Positions 34,408-64,000 of a DNA stretch of 64,000 nt are shown piece after piece (position 1 is the stretch's first letter; every line of letters begins with the position of its first letter). The notes beneath the pieces are model-generated. The model worked only from the letters and a program-made list of their open reading frames with translations, made no database searches and was not told where the DNA came from. The translations under genes and the position numbers were made by a program. The stretch lies in assembly GCF_009914755.1 (NCBI RefSeq), contig NC_060929.1; one strand, given 5' to 3'. Source of the stretch: the human T2T-CHM13v2.0 reference genome, Homo sapiens.

Positions 34408-34563
34408 TACATATCAGAATCACCTGGGGAGCTTTTAAAAATCATGATACCTACGTCATATCCCAATTTAATTAAATCAAAATACTTGCAGTTAGGGATT
34501 AGTTGTCTTTTTTTTTTAACTTTGCCATTTGATTCCATTTGCAGCAAAATTTGAGAACCACTG
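34408..34563 (+). mobile_element. MER5-like DNA transposon remnant
   Basis: CATATCAGAATCACCTGGGGAGCTTTTAAAA...TTTGAGAACCACTG. Confidence 0.65.
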
Positions 34564-35582
34564 GTAGAGCTGAAAGATGCAGTAGGACCTGTACAAATCA
34601 CACATCAGCTGTGTGACTTTAGGCAAATTAACCACTTTGACTCACATACTTTATAAGAAACACCAACTTACAAGATTGGTGTAATGATTAAATGAGACCG
34701 TATGCAATGCCTGGATAATATTGGACTCTTTTTGTTGCATGCAGAGGGAAAAAAGAATGTTTAGCCACACTGAATTCAACCAATTATTCCCTTATTTCAA
34801 AAGTACTTATCAACATTACAAATAAATAAAAGGCAATTATACCTTAAAATTAGAACAAATCATTACATCAGAGAACAAGAGGCATCTTTTGTCCTACTGA
34901 TTCCATCAATATATACTACACATTAAAAAACCCTTAAGACCTTGTTGGGCTTTCGAAAACCCTTTTACAAGTAAGAACTGACTTTACAAATTATAGAATT
35001 CATTCTATTAATAGGTTCAAATCTAGATGGCATCACAGGCAGAACCCTGACTCATAATACAATGCTCTTTCCATTTCCCTTTATGTTGAGGATTGAAATG
35101 TACTCTCTTCAGCTAAACCGTTTTGTGTAGCACTTCCAAAATCCCCATTAAAGGGCCATAACATACCCCACTGCTCACACCGACAAGAAAAAGGCAGTAT
35201 TTTAGTTCTTCAAAGGAGAGCAAGGTAAAGATCTCAATTATCACTGAATACCATATTTACTACCATCACCTGCAACACAACCACCATCTGATAATTTTGT
35301 CAGATAAATCCTATAATGTACCTCATGGTGATAAACAGACTATTAATCTATAGTAAAACCAACACCAAAATAATGCTTAACTGGGGACTGGGGAGAAAAA
35401 TAAGGCTTAGCTGTAATCCAAAAGACAGACTTAAAAAATAAATAAATAAAATAAAACTAACACTGTCACAGAATAGAACTTACCAAGGATGAGCAATGTG
35501 TGCATACAAAAAAAAAATCAAATAGTCCTTATCTCAACAGAGATGTAGGTTACACCAACATATGCATTTGTCAAAACTGATC

Positions 35583-36785
<1,203 letters not shown>

Positions 36786-36808
36786 CTAGGTCCAGAAATG
36801 ACTAAAGC

Positions 36809-37309
36809 CAAGGATCCTTGATCCCTGGGCCACTGACCGGTATCCAGTATAGAAGCGAAGTGAAGCTTCATCTGTATTTACAGCCACTCCCCAAAGCTGG
36901 CATTACCGCCTGAGCTCAGCCTCCTGTCAGATCAACAGAATTAGAGTCTCATAGGAACGCAAACCCTGCTGTGAACTGCACATCAGAGGGATCTAGGTTG
37001 TGCATTCCTTATGAGAATCTAATGCCTGACGATCTGTTACTGTCTCCCATGACCCCCAGATGGAAGCAGGTAGTTGCAGGAAAGCAAGCCCAGGGCTCCC
37101 ATTGATTCTACATCAAGGTGAGTTGTATAATTATTTCATTATATGTTACAATGTAATAATAATAGAAATAAAGTGCACAATAAATGTAATGCACTTGAAT
37201 CATCTCAAAATCATTCCCACCCCCACCCCACCCCCTACTTGCTCCAGTCTGTGGAAAAACTGTCTTCCACGAAACCTGTCCCTGGTGCCAAAAAGGCTGG
37301 GGACCACTG
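36809..37309 (+). mobile_element. MER1A-type hAT/Charlie non-autonomous DNA transposon
   Basis: Internal AAGCTTCATCTGTATTTACAGCC and GGGATCTAGGTTG motifs, terminal GGGGACCACTG; 8-bp TSD ACTAAAGC at 36801-36808 and 37310-37317. Confidence 0.88.
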
Positions 37310-37314
37310 ACTAA

Positions 37315-37735
<421 letters not shown>

Positions 37736-38479
37736 CACAAATTAATAATTTCCAGCAAGTTTTTATCCTGCAATCCACAGATTCAAAAGGGAGAATAAGA
37801 ACACCCTGAATCGTAAGCATCTAATTAAATACAAATAGGTTACTTATATTTATGTAAGAGCTCTTCAGCTTGTCTATGAGGCAAAATGCCAACAAGTGAA
37901 GAAGTACAGGATGGCTCTCCAGTATCAAATGAAACGATGTGGAGTGTGTGAGAGGGCATGATTTGACCTTGACATAAGGGTGATAATGATTCTCAGAAGA
38001 ACTGGAAGTTAGGACACTCCAGTAACTCCCCTGAGATTCAACAGTCTAATTTGTATTAGTAGGAATAGGGCTATATACATCTCTAACATTTTGTCCAGCT
38101 TAAAATGCTACCTAGCATTATTACATTATCTCATAAGCCAGTATAAAGCAGCTCTAGTATACCATGAATTCAGTTTCCCTTCAAGTTAAAAAGCACATTT
38201 CTCGTGATCTGTGACGTACGTTTTTCTGTTTTTTTTTTTTTAGTCCAAGCTAAGCATGGACACTGTAATATATCTTAATGAAGACATATCCAATGCAGCG
38301 TCATCTTTATTCTCTGATAACAGCCATTATGTTATTCACAGGATATATGCTCAGTGCCAAAGATAAGATTAAGCTGCTTTTAAAAGTGAAGAGTAAGGAT
38401 TAACTAGTGCTTTATAAATACGTTCTAAAACATTTGACCTTCAGACACAGAGGGCAAAAATAGTGATTAAAACACACTA

Positions 38480-39255
38480 GGCAGCTGGGAGAGGTGGTAT
38501 TCATCTGCAGTCCTAGCTACTCAGGAGGCTAAGAGGCAGGAGGATCATTTGAGTCCAGGAGTTTGAGGCTGTAGTGTGCTATTATCATACTTCTGAATAG
38601 CCACTGCACTCCGCCCGGGTGACAGAGCAAGAACCTGCCGCTAAAAATAAAAATAATAAAAGATGAAAGAAAAATAGGAAAAACAAGAAAGGAAGGCAAG
38701 TAGTAGACACAATATCAAACTGCTGGAATGCTTTTTTTCTAGCTACTATCCTTTGAAAATAGGTCTTAAAATTCCAGGACTAAAAGTCCTTAGGATCAAT
38801 GAGGCCAGTGACACTTTTAAGTAGGGAACCCTTGTTCAAACAAAACCCTACCCAAAAGCTCAGTATGCAAAGGCAAATGGAAATGAGTATTTAGCTGGCA
38901 AAAGAAGGGTAGGCAGCCCTAAATCTTTCTATTCAGCACTCTCCTTCCCATTAGAACAATCCTTTTTTTATGTTCTAAATGAGGAAACAGATGGGCTTAC
39001 ACACATTAAGGAACTGACTGACTGTAGATGACCCAGTCAATATCACATGGCAGATCTACAGCTCAAACCTCCAAAACCTATCTAGATAAAGAATTTTTCG
39101 GTATGTCATAGTTGTTTCTTGGGTCATTGCACGGTGGCTGATGCCTATAATCCCAGCGCTTTGGGAGGCTGAGGCAGGAGAAGTACTTGAGCTCAGGAAT
39201 GCAAGACCAGTCTGGGCAATATAGCAAGAGCCCATCTATATAAAAATAATAATAA
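38480..39255 (+). mobile_element. Two Alu monomers (about 38480-38660 and 39120-39255)
   Basis: Single-arm Alu similarity with A-rich tails. Confidence 0.8.
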
Positions 39256-39336
39256 AATTTTTAAATTGTTCCTTTGGAGAACTTAATTCAATTTAGAATG
39301 GAACACACAAAAAAAGGTTTTAACAGAAACTCAATA

Positions 39337-39477
39337 CAGCTGACCCTTGAACAAAAGGGGCTTGAAATGCACAGGTCCACTTGTACACAGGTTTTTTTCT
39401 GCCTCTGCTACCCAAACAAGATCAACCCATCTTCTTCCTCCTCAGCCCAAAGTGAGGATGATGAGGGTAAAGAGCTT

Positions 39478-39511
<34 letters not shown>

Positions 39512-39951
39512 TAGTTATTGACCAATCATGTTATTGGTGAAGCTTCCAGTGAACAGTAGGCTAGTAGTAGTTAAGCTTTTGGGGAGTCAAGTTATACTTG
39601 GGGCCAGGTGCAGTGGTCCATGCCTGTAATCCCAGCACTTTGGCGGGCCGAGGTGGGTGGATCATCTGAGGTCAGGAGTTTGAGACTAGCCTGGCCATCA
39701 CTGTGAAACCCCGTCTCTACTAAAAATACAAAAATTAGCTGGGTGTGGCGGCGCGCCTGTAATCCCATGAACCTGGGAGGCAGAGGTTGCAGTGAGCCAA
39801 GATCACACCATTGCACTCCAGCCTGGGTGACAGAGCAAGACTCCATCTCAAAAAAAAAAAAAAGTTACACTTGGATTCCTGACTGTGGGGCACAGTGGGA
39901 GTGGGCTGGGGTTCAGTGCCCCTAACCCCAGCACTGTTCAAGGGTCAACTG
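39337..39951 (+). mobile_element. Tigger2-type TcMar DNA transposon interrupted by an Alu (39602-39863)
   Basis: TIRs CAGCTGACCCTTGAACA / TGTTCAAGGGTCAACTG flanked by TA; nested Alu TSD AAGTTAYACTTGG. Confidence 0.85.
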
Positions 39952-39995
39952 TAATTTTAAGTGAGCTCTCACATATTAATTGACAAGGTCCAAGA

Positions 39996-43605
<3,610 letters not shown>

Positions 43606-44821
43606 AAGAGGCTCCAGTAAACAGTAAGTACCATTCTTACCTATTCTGAATAATTTTGCAAATGTTATTTTAGATTATTGCTGGAAAATAGCTGGGCTTT
43701 AAACTATATTTTAGTCTCCATTCCATGAAGAGGATCTTTAATCCCAAAAGTTAAAACATTAAAACCCTCCAAAGTAAAGTTAACCATTTGACAGAACAAT
43801 GTCTATCTCGTCATCTTTTATCCTCGTTACTGCTATTTGCACTCACCAATATTCCACACCAACAAAGGCCCCAATTTCTCTGATGTGAAGATTTACTGAC
43901 AAACTCAACAGGTTAAAATTACTTATCAAAGTGTGGCTAAGTGATTAAGATTTTTTTAAATACAACTGATATGAGTAAATTTTAACATAGTTGGTGCTGC
44001 TCAAACTGCCTTTGCCACTACCTATACAAATTTAGTCCCGACTGAAACGTGCCAAATATGACCATTCACGAAAAGAAAGAGTAATTAACACTTTTAAAAG
44101 AACTACGAAGGATTTTACATAGTGTAATTCAACAATTTCGTGTCACATCTGCTGCAGAGATCACAAACACTGTCACTATGCCATCTCCTTCCTCGAACCT
44201 CCACACCGCCTCCTGCAGCTTTATTCTTGGCTTTTCAAAGGTTTAATCCACTCGGGGCTGCTAAAGGAGGAATCAAGGAAGCATAATTTGTGAACTCAAG
44301 CTGAGAAAAGGGCAGGAATATGGGGTTGAGTCACGTCGTTCCGCCATTTTCTAAGCGGAGGAGGAAGACATGTTGGAACAAAAACACAACAAAAGAGCAG
44401 CCATTTCCCAAGCCAGCTCCAATAGCAACTCGAACTGACACTGCCGGGTCGCTTCGGCACCTTCAAATCCACTTCACTGGACAAACCTAAGTACATCAGA
44501 AGTGCCGCCGTAAAAAAGGCAGCAGCCAACCCTTCCGCGTAGGGATCAAAGATGACCTGCACGCATAACTGCAAATGAAAGCCTCGGGAAGAGTGAGAAT
44601 GACGGAAGCGAAATGGAGCAGTGTAATACAATGAAATAAGTTGGCAAACTGAAATTTACTCAGTAATTGAGATGACTGACTTACAGGAAACCACCAGCTA
44701 TAGGGAACCCAGGTAACTAAAACACCAAGACCCGGATTCAGCTGGTCTCATTACCTGCCTCTACCCACTTCCCCATTCCGTGCTTCCCTCAGCGGATCGC
44801 CTATATGCACCGGGTTCTTAC

Positions 44822-44928
44822 CGTATGTGGGGGATGCCAACCCCACCTTGAAGAATCTTATAGAGCTTGCTCTCGTACAGCAACTGGGGATGCCTGGCCT
44901 TCTGAGATTCTAGCTTCACTGCCACTTC
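44822..44928 (-). CDS. CSNK1A1: CK1 alpha exon 2 ([36 protein letters not shown])
   Basis: Acceptor ctgcag|GAA, donor ACG|gtaaga; VAVK catalytic lysine; 107 nt. Confidence 0.99.
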
Positions 44929-45587
44929 CTGCAGGGGAAAGAGGGGATGATGGCATCAACATCCCTACGGATTCAATGTCACTTAGGAAAGGAGGGAGAC
45001 ATTAGCAAAACTCCAAGTCGCGACTACAAGAAGAAGTGAAAAGCTGGAAAGAGAAAGCTCTCGGTAATTATAAAACGAGGCAACCAGCCTCAAAGGCCTC
45101 TTCAGGGGGTAGTGACGAAATCCGTACGTCCTCTAAAGTGCAGGAAAATGATTCATCCAGAAAAAAGAGGCAACCTCTGAACGTAGTGAGAGGTTTTTAA
45201 GGAACTAGGCGATCGGAAACTGTTCTAATTGGAACAAGAGGCCCAGTAGAATTAAGAATTAAAAAAAAAAAACATGGGAATCACTGAAAGAGGATTTTGC
45301 CGTTTCCACCTTAAAAGACGGTTAAAAAAAAAAAAAGCTCGACTAAGGGACATTTATGGGACGTGTTTAACAAGGTGGGAAACTAGTTCCCCCAACCTTT
45401 CTATCGGGTTCTTGACCCTTTTAGGGAGACAGCGGACGAGGTTCGTAAGCCAGGAAAACTAGCTCCCTGGACTCCCTGGCGAGTGCGTGCGATGAGGAGA
45501 GGCCCGAGCACTTTGGGGGTGCACGGTGGTGGTGGGGGGAATGAGTAAAAGCGCAGCGTTATCGTGAACCCCACCCCAGATGATTAC

Positions 45588-45710
45588 CTCGCCGTTGGTG
45601 ATGTTGATCGCCAAATAGATGTCCCCGAAGGAGCCAGACCCGATCTTCCGTACCAGTTTATATTTCCCTCCGACAATGAATTCAGCCTTGGAGCCGCTGC
45701 TACTCGCCAT
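45588..45710 (-). CDS. CSNK1A1: Casein kinase I alpha, coding exon 1 ([11 protein letters not shown]...[18 protein letters not shown])
   Basis: ATG at 45710 in aggATGG context; glycine-rich loop GSGSFG; donor GAG|GTAATC at 45587; 123 nt. Confidence 0.99.
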
Positions 45711-46085
45711 CCTGAGAGACGAAGATGGAGGCTGGGGCCAAGCCCCGACACCTCTGGGAAGAGGACGGAGGCCTCGGGGCTCCTACACTAGGCAAGGCTA
45801 CGGAGGAGGGCGGCAGGAAACGGAACACGGAGGCCTTTACCGGGGTTCGGGGCCCAGAATCAGCAGAGGGGAACCTGATCACCGCCGCTCAGTCAGGTTT
45901 CTTTTTGCCAGGCCGCAGTTTGTGAAGGGCTTCTCGGCGGTTACCAGGCTGGGCCACTTGTTTCTCGGCGGCCGCCGCTGCCTCGCTTGCGCGGCGACGT
46001 CGCGGGCTGGAAAAGGGGCGCGGTGAGCTAGGGCGGCGATACCGCTGCCACCACTGCCGCCGGCTCCGGCCCAGAGGGACCCCTG

Positions 46086-46106
46086 TCACTCCGCGGACGA
46101 CGCCAT
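46086..46106 (-). other. Short upstream ORF (MASSAE*)
   Basis: aagATGGCGTCGTCCGCGGAGTGA; only minus-strand ATG between 45711 and 46200; requires a TSS upstream of 46106. Confidence 0.6.
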
Positions 46107-47300
46107 CTTGTTACTCCAGCTCCAGCCAACACAAAATGCCCCCAGTCCCCGGGAGCCGCTTCTTCACGGCGCAGAGCACTCTGGGAAAGGGATCTCGGGC
46201 GCTCGCTCCGAAGGATCGGCAGCGAGAGGGCGGAACCGGATCCGTGAGAGTCGCGGCCCACGCTCCGAGCGTCACCCTGTCACCGCCCAGCTGCGCATGA
46301 GCGCTGCAACTCCTGCTGACTGCGCAGGCGTGCCGCGGCCTGTCCTCACCCCCGTCCCGGGCTCTCTTCCACTTCCGGTCGGCGGCGGCTCAGCAGGTGT
46401 TACCTGTTACTCGCCTCGGACCCGCCGGGTCTCTGGAAGGCTGAGTGGCCCCCCGGCCTTGATATTGGGAGGAGTCACCTTCATGTTTCGTGGCAGATGA
46501 AAGCTTAAGGCCTCCTTAGGAGTTGGGTATTGACCTGTGCTCTTTGAGGCGGTTTTTAACCTTTGATCTTTCTTCTGGCCGTTCCCCCGGACCGGCCTAT
46601 TCCAACCCAGTTTCTGTTTGGAAAGAGGCTGTCGCCTCTGGTGGAGAGGAAGAGAAAAGCAGCCAGCGTCGAGGAATCTCTCAGGGCTCTCGGTTGTAGC
46701 AGAGCCTAGCTAATTACCCTTCATAATTAGAATTGTCCTATCTACTACGGAGTGTTATAGACCCTCTTTCCACAGGAGGGGAAGAAAGAAAGAAGCCGGA
46801 ATCCCCCTGCCATCCTATGTCTTTGCATTATTGCCTCACTACCACATATGATCTTCAGAAGAAAACCTGGTATGTTGCTCATAATGAAGATTAAGGATAG
46901 ATGGAATCAACAGAAAATTAATTTAACAAGAGTGAAAAAACTGTTATGTCCCCTCAACCCCACCAAAAAAAAAAAAAAAAAAAAAAAAGAATCGTATGTT
47001 GGTCTTGTTGAAAACCTCAGTATTAACCTGAACAGAGTAGAGGTAACTATTACAAAATTTAATTGACAACATTTAAAACTACACGGTAATTTTTTTCTTT
47101 TTTACAAAAAATCGATCAGAGAATCAAATTTTGACCACGTTTTGTTTTACAAAATTTGACCTGGGAAAATTGGGCTTAGTAATAATAATGTTCACGAAAG
47201 AAAACTCCATGGTTGATGCTATCATCTTAAGTCAGACCTCAGTCGTAAAAATTTAAGCTAAGCCTATCCTAAATAAAATTTAATTAAAATAGAAATGGGG

Positions 47301-50751
<3,451 letters not shown>

Positions 50752-50865
50752 TTACTCAAGCAACGGTCACTGGTATCCAGAATGTGCTTTGAGTGAAATG
50801 ATAGAGACAAGCACAAGAAGTCTAGATGGATGCTAAAAACAGAAGGGTAGCCTGCCAATCTCTAG

Positions 50866-51560
<695 letters not shown>

Positions 51561-51812
51561 GTGTCAGGTGTTGTTTAACTCTTACACAGTCCTGTGCATA
51601 ATCAGCATCAGATAAGGGAATTCATGGAGTAATTGAAAACATGAAGACATTAGAAATGTGCAGTTGGGTCAGAGTGATAATCCATTCAGCCTGTTTTTCA
51701 GTCTTGGATAGTGATGCCATTTCTGTCCCTTTCTTTAATCAGTCCCTGTTCTCCCCCTCTGCATTGTCCATGGGGTTTTGTGAAAGTGGATTGCTGCATC
51801 TATGACAGTGTT

Positions 51813-52443
51813 TTGCGGTGGCTAGGTCTGTGCAAAAGTACCCCAAAGTCTGAGGAAGTTGGGATGCTGAAGGAAGAAGCTGACAAATACAGTATTTAAG
51901 AAAGAAACATTTAATAGGGACTTCGAACAGAAGCCATTGAGTTCAAGGAACAGAAACCAAGATGGTGGATACCCATGCCATTACGCCCGAGACCCAGGAC
52001 TTATATACCACAGGGAAAGGAATGGTTCAGATATGACCTGTAGGACAATTGAAGTGGATAACATCAAAGTTGTTTGACCTAAGAGTAGGATTTACAGTAA
52101 ATATCTGCTGTTACACAAGGAACATAGATAAACTGGGAATTTTCAAGGACTTCCTGGAACTGCAGTTAAGCCAAAATGGTGGCTTAGTTTCCAAGATGGA
52201 GTTGCTTTGTTTGTTTGTTTGTTTATTTATTTATTTATTTATTTGGGACAGGGTCTCCTTCTGTTGCCCATGCTGGAGTGCAGTAGTGTGATCATGGCTC
52301 ACTGCAGCGTTAAACTCCTAGGCTCAAGCAAGCCTCTGCCTTAGCCTCCCAAGTAAATGGGACCACAGGCATGTGCCACTGCACCTGGCCTAACAGGGAG
52401 TTGCTTTAGCCTCCCATCCAGGAGGAGTTGCTTTAGCTTCCAC
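51813..52443 (-). mobile_element. Probable solo ERV1-class LTR interrupted by an Alu arm (about 52205-52390)
   Basis: TG...CA ends, ATTAAA on minus strand near 51911, LTR-like composition; family not identified. Confidence 0.55.
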
Positions 52444-52580
52444 AGTTAGCAACTTCAAACCCATTTGAGACTGCATGTATTGCTTACTTTTTATGGCCTA
52501 ATTAACCATACATTTATTTCAATTAATGTTATTTTTTGAATATATTTATTCTTTTGATTCATATAGCTTCTAGATTCTAA

Positions 52581-56032
<3,452 letters not shown>

Positions 56033-57166
56033 GGCAATAATTATACCTTACTTTTCAGTATAGCTTTCCCTGGGGGTGGGGGAGGGGCATTACTTAAGTG
56101 ACCTCTGTAAATCTCTTTTAGTCTGAAAAGTCCTTGCATAGATTTTCATAAAGGGAAAACACAAAATGACTTTTACTCTTCAACGTAGTCTAATCCTTGG
56201 CAAAGAGTTACTGTGAAATAATGCCGGAGGCTTTAACTCGTTTGTCTGCAATGAACACTCTGCAGTGTAATATATGCAATGCCAGAGATATGTCCTGACA
56301 GGGAGGAAATTCAAGTCATCAATGTTCCATCTACTCATTGAAAACATTACTGATAAGGCCAGGACTTGAGAAGCACAAAAAAAGACTAAATGCTGCATTT
56401 CGCCTGTGTTTCCTATCCCACTCCCATTACCTTATTCTAATCAGTCTGTCCCGGCAATATTTAGATAATCAAATTGTATTTTAAATTTTCTATTTTAATC
56501 ACAACAACCATTAATTCCTGGAAATGTGCTGTCATATGTGGCATTTTGGAATATTTGTGTTAGCTATTTTTATTTGGAAGAATTTTATAGTATTTTGGAG
56601 TTTCTGCAATTTCTATGTCCCTTTCTTTTCTCAGCCCCTGTTCTCTTCCTCTGCATTGTTCATTAGCAAGGGCATGAAACTGTGCTCCTCGTGACTCATT
56701 ATTACTCACTATAGTAATCTAACTCTTCTTTGTGAGACTAAATTTGGAAGATGCTTGAGTTGCCATTCCTGAGGAGAGCTGGTCCTAAGAACACATCCTG
56801 TTAACTCTTAACTCTCCATGCTGATGCCAGGAAGCACTGATACTTATCACAGAAAATGAACTAACTGCTCCATTTCAGCCTGGCTAAGCCCAACACCACT
56901 GCAAAAAGACTTTCTGCAGTGAACAGAGCCAGGGCGCTGAGTAGGGAAAAAAAGAACTTTGGGCAAAAAAAGAACTTTGGGTTTTAGGGCCCTAATCCAC
57001 AAAGCATAAAAAGTCAGTTTGTATTTATATGGCACTGTATAGTTCATAGAGTATTTTGTGATTCACTGACTTGTGTTTTTCCTGGCCAGTATAAGAGCTA
57101 GGTAACTGCAGCTATTGTATCCATCGTAGGTGTGAGGAAGCCAGAGCTTACCCAAGAACACCAGCT

Positions 57167-57485
57167 TTTATTTTTATTATTTTTATTTATTTATTTATTT
57201 ATTTTTGAGACGGAGTCTCGCTCTGTCGCCCAGGCTGGAGTGCAGTGGCGCGATCTCGGCTCACTGCAAGCTCCCGGGTTCACGCTATCCTCCTGCCTCA
57301 ACCTCCCGAGTAGCTGAGACTACAGGGCCCACCCGGCTACCACACCCGGCTAACTTTTTGTATTTTTAGTAGAGACAGGGTTTCACCGTGTTAGCCAGGA
57401 TGGTCTTGATCTCCTGACCTCGTGATCCGCCCGCCTCGGCCTCCCAAAGCGCTGGGATTACAGGCGTGAGCCACCGCGCCCGGCC
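57167..57485 (-). mobile_element. AluY-like element
   Basis: CpG-rich; diagnostic TGCAAGCTCC, GTTAGCCAGGATGGTC and CTCGTGATCC; TSD AAGAACACCAGCTTTT. Confidence 0.88.
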
Positions 57486-58684
57486 AAGAACACCAGCTTT
57501 TTGAGAAGGATTCCTTACATTCCACACCACTGTTCTATGATGTATGTCTGTTTACTTTTACAGGGAACATGTCCTGTCCAGAGATTTCTGCCTGTTCTAG
57601 ATCTGAATGGGGAGTAAAGTAGCAGAGATTACCTAAGTAGGCTTACATTTGACTTAAATCATCCCCCTCCCCCCTTGGCTCATTTACATAGTTCATCTGC
57701 AGCTCAATAAATCTCAATTCTGCCGCTTGGTGTTCCATCAGGGTCTGACTTCCAGTTGTGCCTGAATTCCCACAGTTTTGAGAGTCAGCACCCATCTTCA
57801 TCGTGTCTGAATCTCAAACCCAGCAGTTCCTGGTGTGCTGTCCAGTTCCTTGATCCAGCTGTCTGATCCCGGTTACTCACCTCTGTCTTCCTGTCCCCAC
57901 CAGCCATCCTTCCTAGACAATGCTGCTTATTCCTGCTTCATCAGTGTTCATTTCTTCTGCCTCTTCCCTGTCAGATTCTAAAGCCAATTGACCTATTTAA
58001 ACCTTAGCTACCCACCAGCCTTTCTACACCCTTCTTGCTTCCTGTCAGACTCCGAACCTGATCTGAGCTCCTAAATCTTGCTTCCTTGTGTGTGTTCTGT
58101 AGGCCAGGCAAATGATAGACTTAAGACTCTTTCTACTTACCTTCTAGCCCCCTCTAACCTATATGCAAGCCATGTTTTGATGATTTGTGGCTTAGGATTT
58201 CAAGTTCTGTCATTCTTCTTAGCCTGTATTTTTTTGTGTCCTACACTGTATCATTGATTGCCATAGCTTCTGCCCTAGTTGATATAGGATATGTGAGAGC
58301 ACTTTGTTTAGGCCATAAACCTCTTAGAAATATACTCTGCTGCTGTTATTATTAGGCAATTCAAGCCAAAGGTGACTTTCTCTAACCTTCCTGGGGGAGG
58401 GAGACAAGCTTTCAGCTGAAATAGAAACTTTACAATTATTGTCCAAAGCCAAAAATAAGAAAGTGTAACAACTATGACACGACCACTTCTGGTATCTTCG
58501 TGTAGAAGATTCCTTTTGACAAGGTCATCACTGTAGACTTTCAGATGTGTCATAGGAAACAGATAAAAATTTCTAGATTATTCTAAAGGTTTTAGAACCT
58601 TTCTTCTAATCAACGTGAAGATATTGAGTTTGAGTTTTCATCTACACTGATTGATTTTCCCACGCATAGGTAATAATTAGTTTA

Positions 58685-61310
<2,626 letters not shown>

Positions 61311-61639
61311 CCTTATGTTGGGGGTATCGTTATCACCCCAGATTTTTATACCCAGCTCACACAAATGAGGAAACTAAGTATTAAGACAGGCTAGTTAACT
61401 TGTCCAAAGTTACAAAAGATAGTAAGTGGAGGAGCCAGGACATGAAATTTCAAGTTCACTGTCCTTCCAGTGTGTGACAAGGACCAGTTTATTCACTTGT
61501 TAATGGTTATAGCTTTCTCTGTCAATCCAACAGAACCGTTATCTCACTGAGAACTACATGTCATTCTACTCCCCACTTTCAATTTTATATGTATATATGT
61601 GTGTACATATATCTCTTCTAATTATATATATAATCATGT

Positions 61640-64000
<2,361 letters not shown>

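Larger units (their letters stand above)
45440..46620. promoter_or_regulatory. CSNK1A1: CpG-island promoter and 5' UTR of CSNK1A1
   Basis: High GC and CpG density; YY1 motif CGCCATCTT 46101-46109; NRF1-like TGCGCATG 46292 and TGCGCAGGCG 46321; ETS/GABP ACTTCCGG 46371-46378; no TATA box seen. Confidence 0.9.

Noticed and set aside
45459-45587. C-terminal half of the 83-aa ORF beginning MASSSGSK
   Set aside because: Read-through of exon 1 into intron 1 past a canonical donor
45564-46500. Several 60-135 aa ORFs on both strands in the CpG island
   Set aside because: Expected in GC-rich, stop-poor sequence; mostly non-ATG starts; no recognisable protein

Overview
Mammalian (human-type, Alu-dense) genomic DNA. 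The minus strand carries the 5' ~46 kb of CSNK1A1 (casein kinase I alpha): a CpG-island promoter at ~45.4-46.6 kb, coding exons 1-9 with canonical boundaries that join in frame (123+107+127+99+140+79+75+107+149 = 1006 nt; the last coding nucleotides and stop lie outside the window), the 84-nt 'L' cassette exon (12586-12669) and the 36-nt 'S' segment produced by a GC alternative donor. Intron 2 holds an RPL29 processed pseudogene, MER1A and Tigger2-type DNA transposons and many Alus; 47-64 kb is repeat-rich upstream sequence. Nearly all ORFs in the supplied track are Alu-derived or spurious. The most interesting signals cluster in the Alu-free part of intron 4: a 16-bp long-range RNA duplex that pairs fully only on the transcribed strand next to the L-exon branch region, and a 9-nt in-frame microexon or recursive splice site. 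Also notable are a ~96% identical ~194-bp direct duplication bracketing exon 3 and a single strong-Kozak uORF (MASSAE*) that echoes the kinase N-terminus. All were read by eye; no searches were run, so novelty is unverified and repeat boundaries are approximate.
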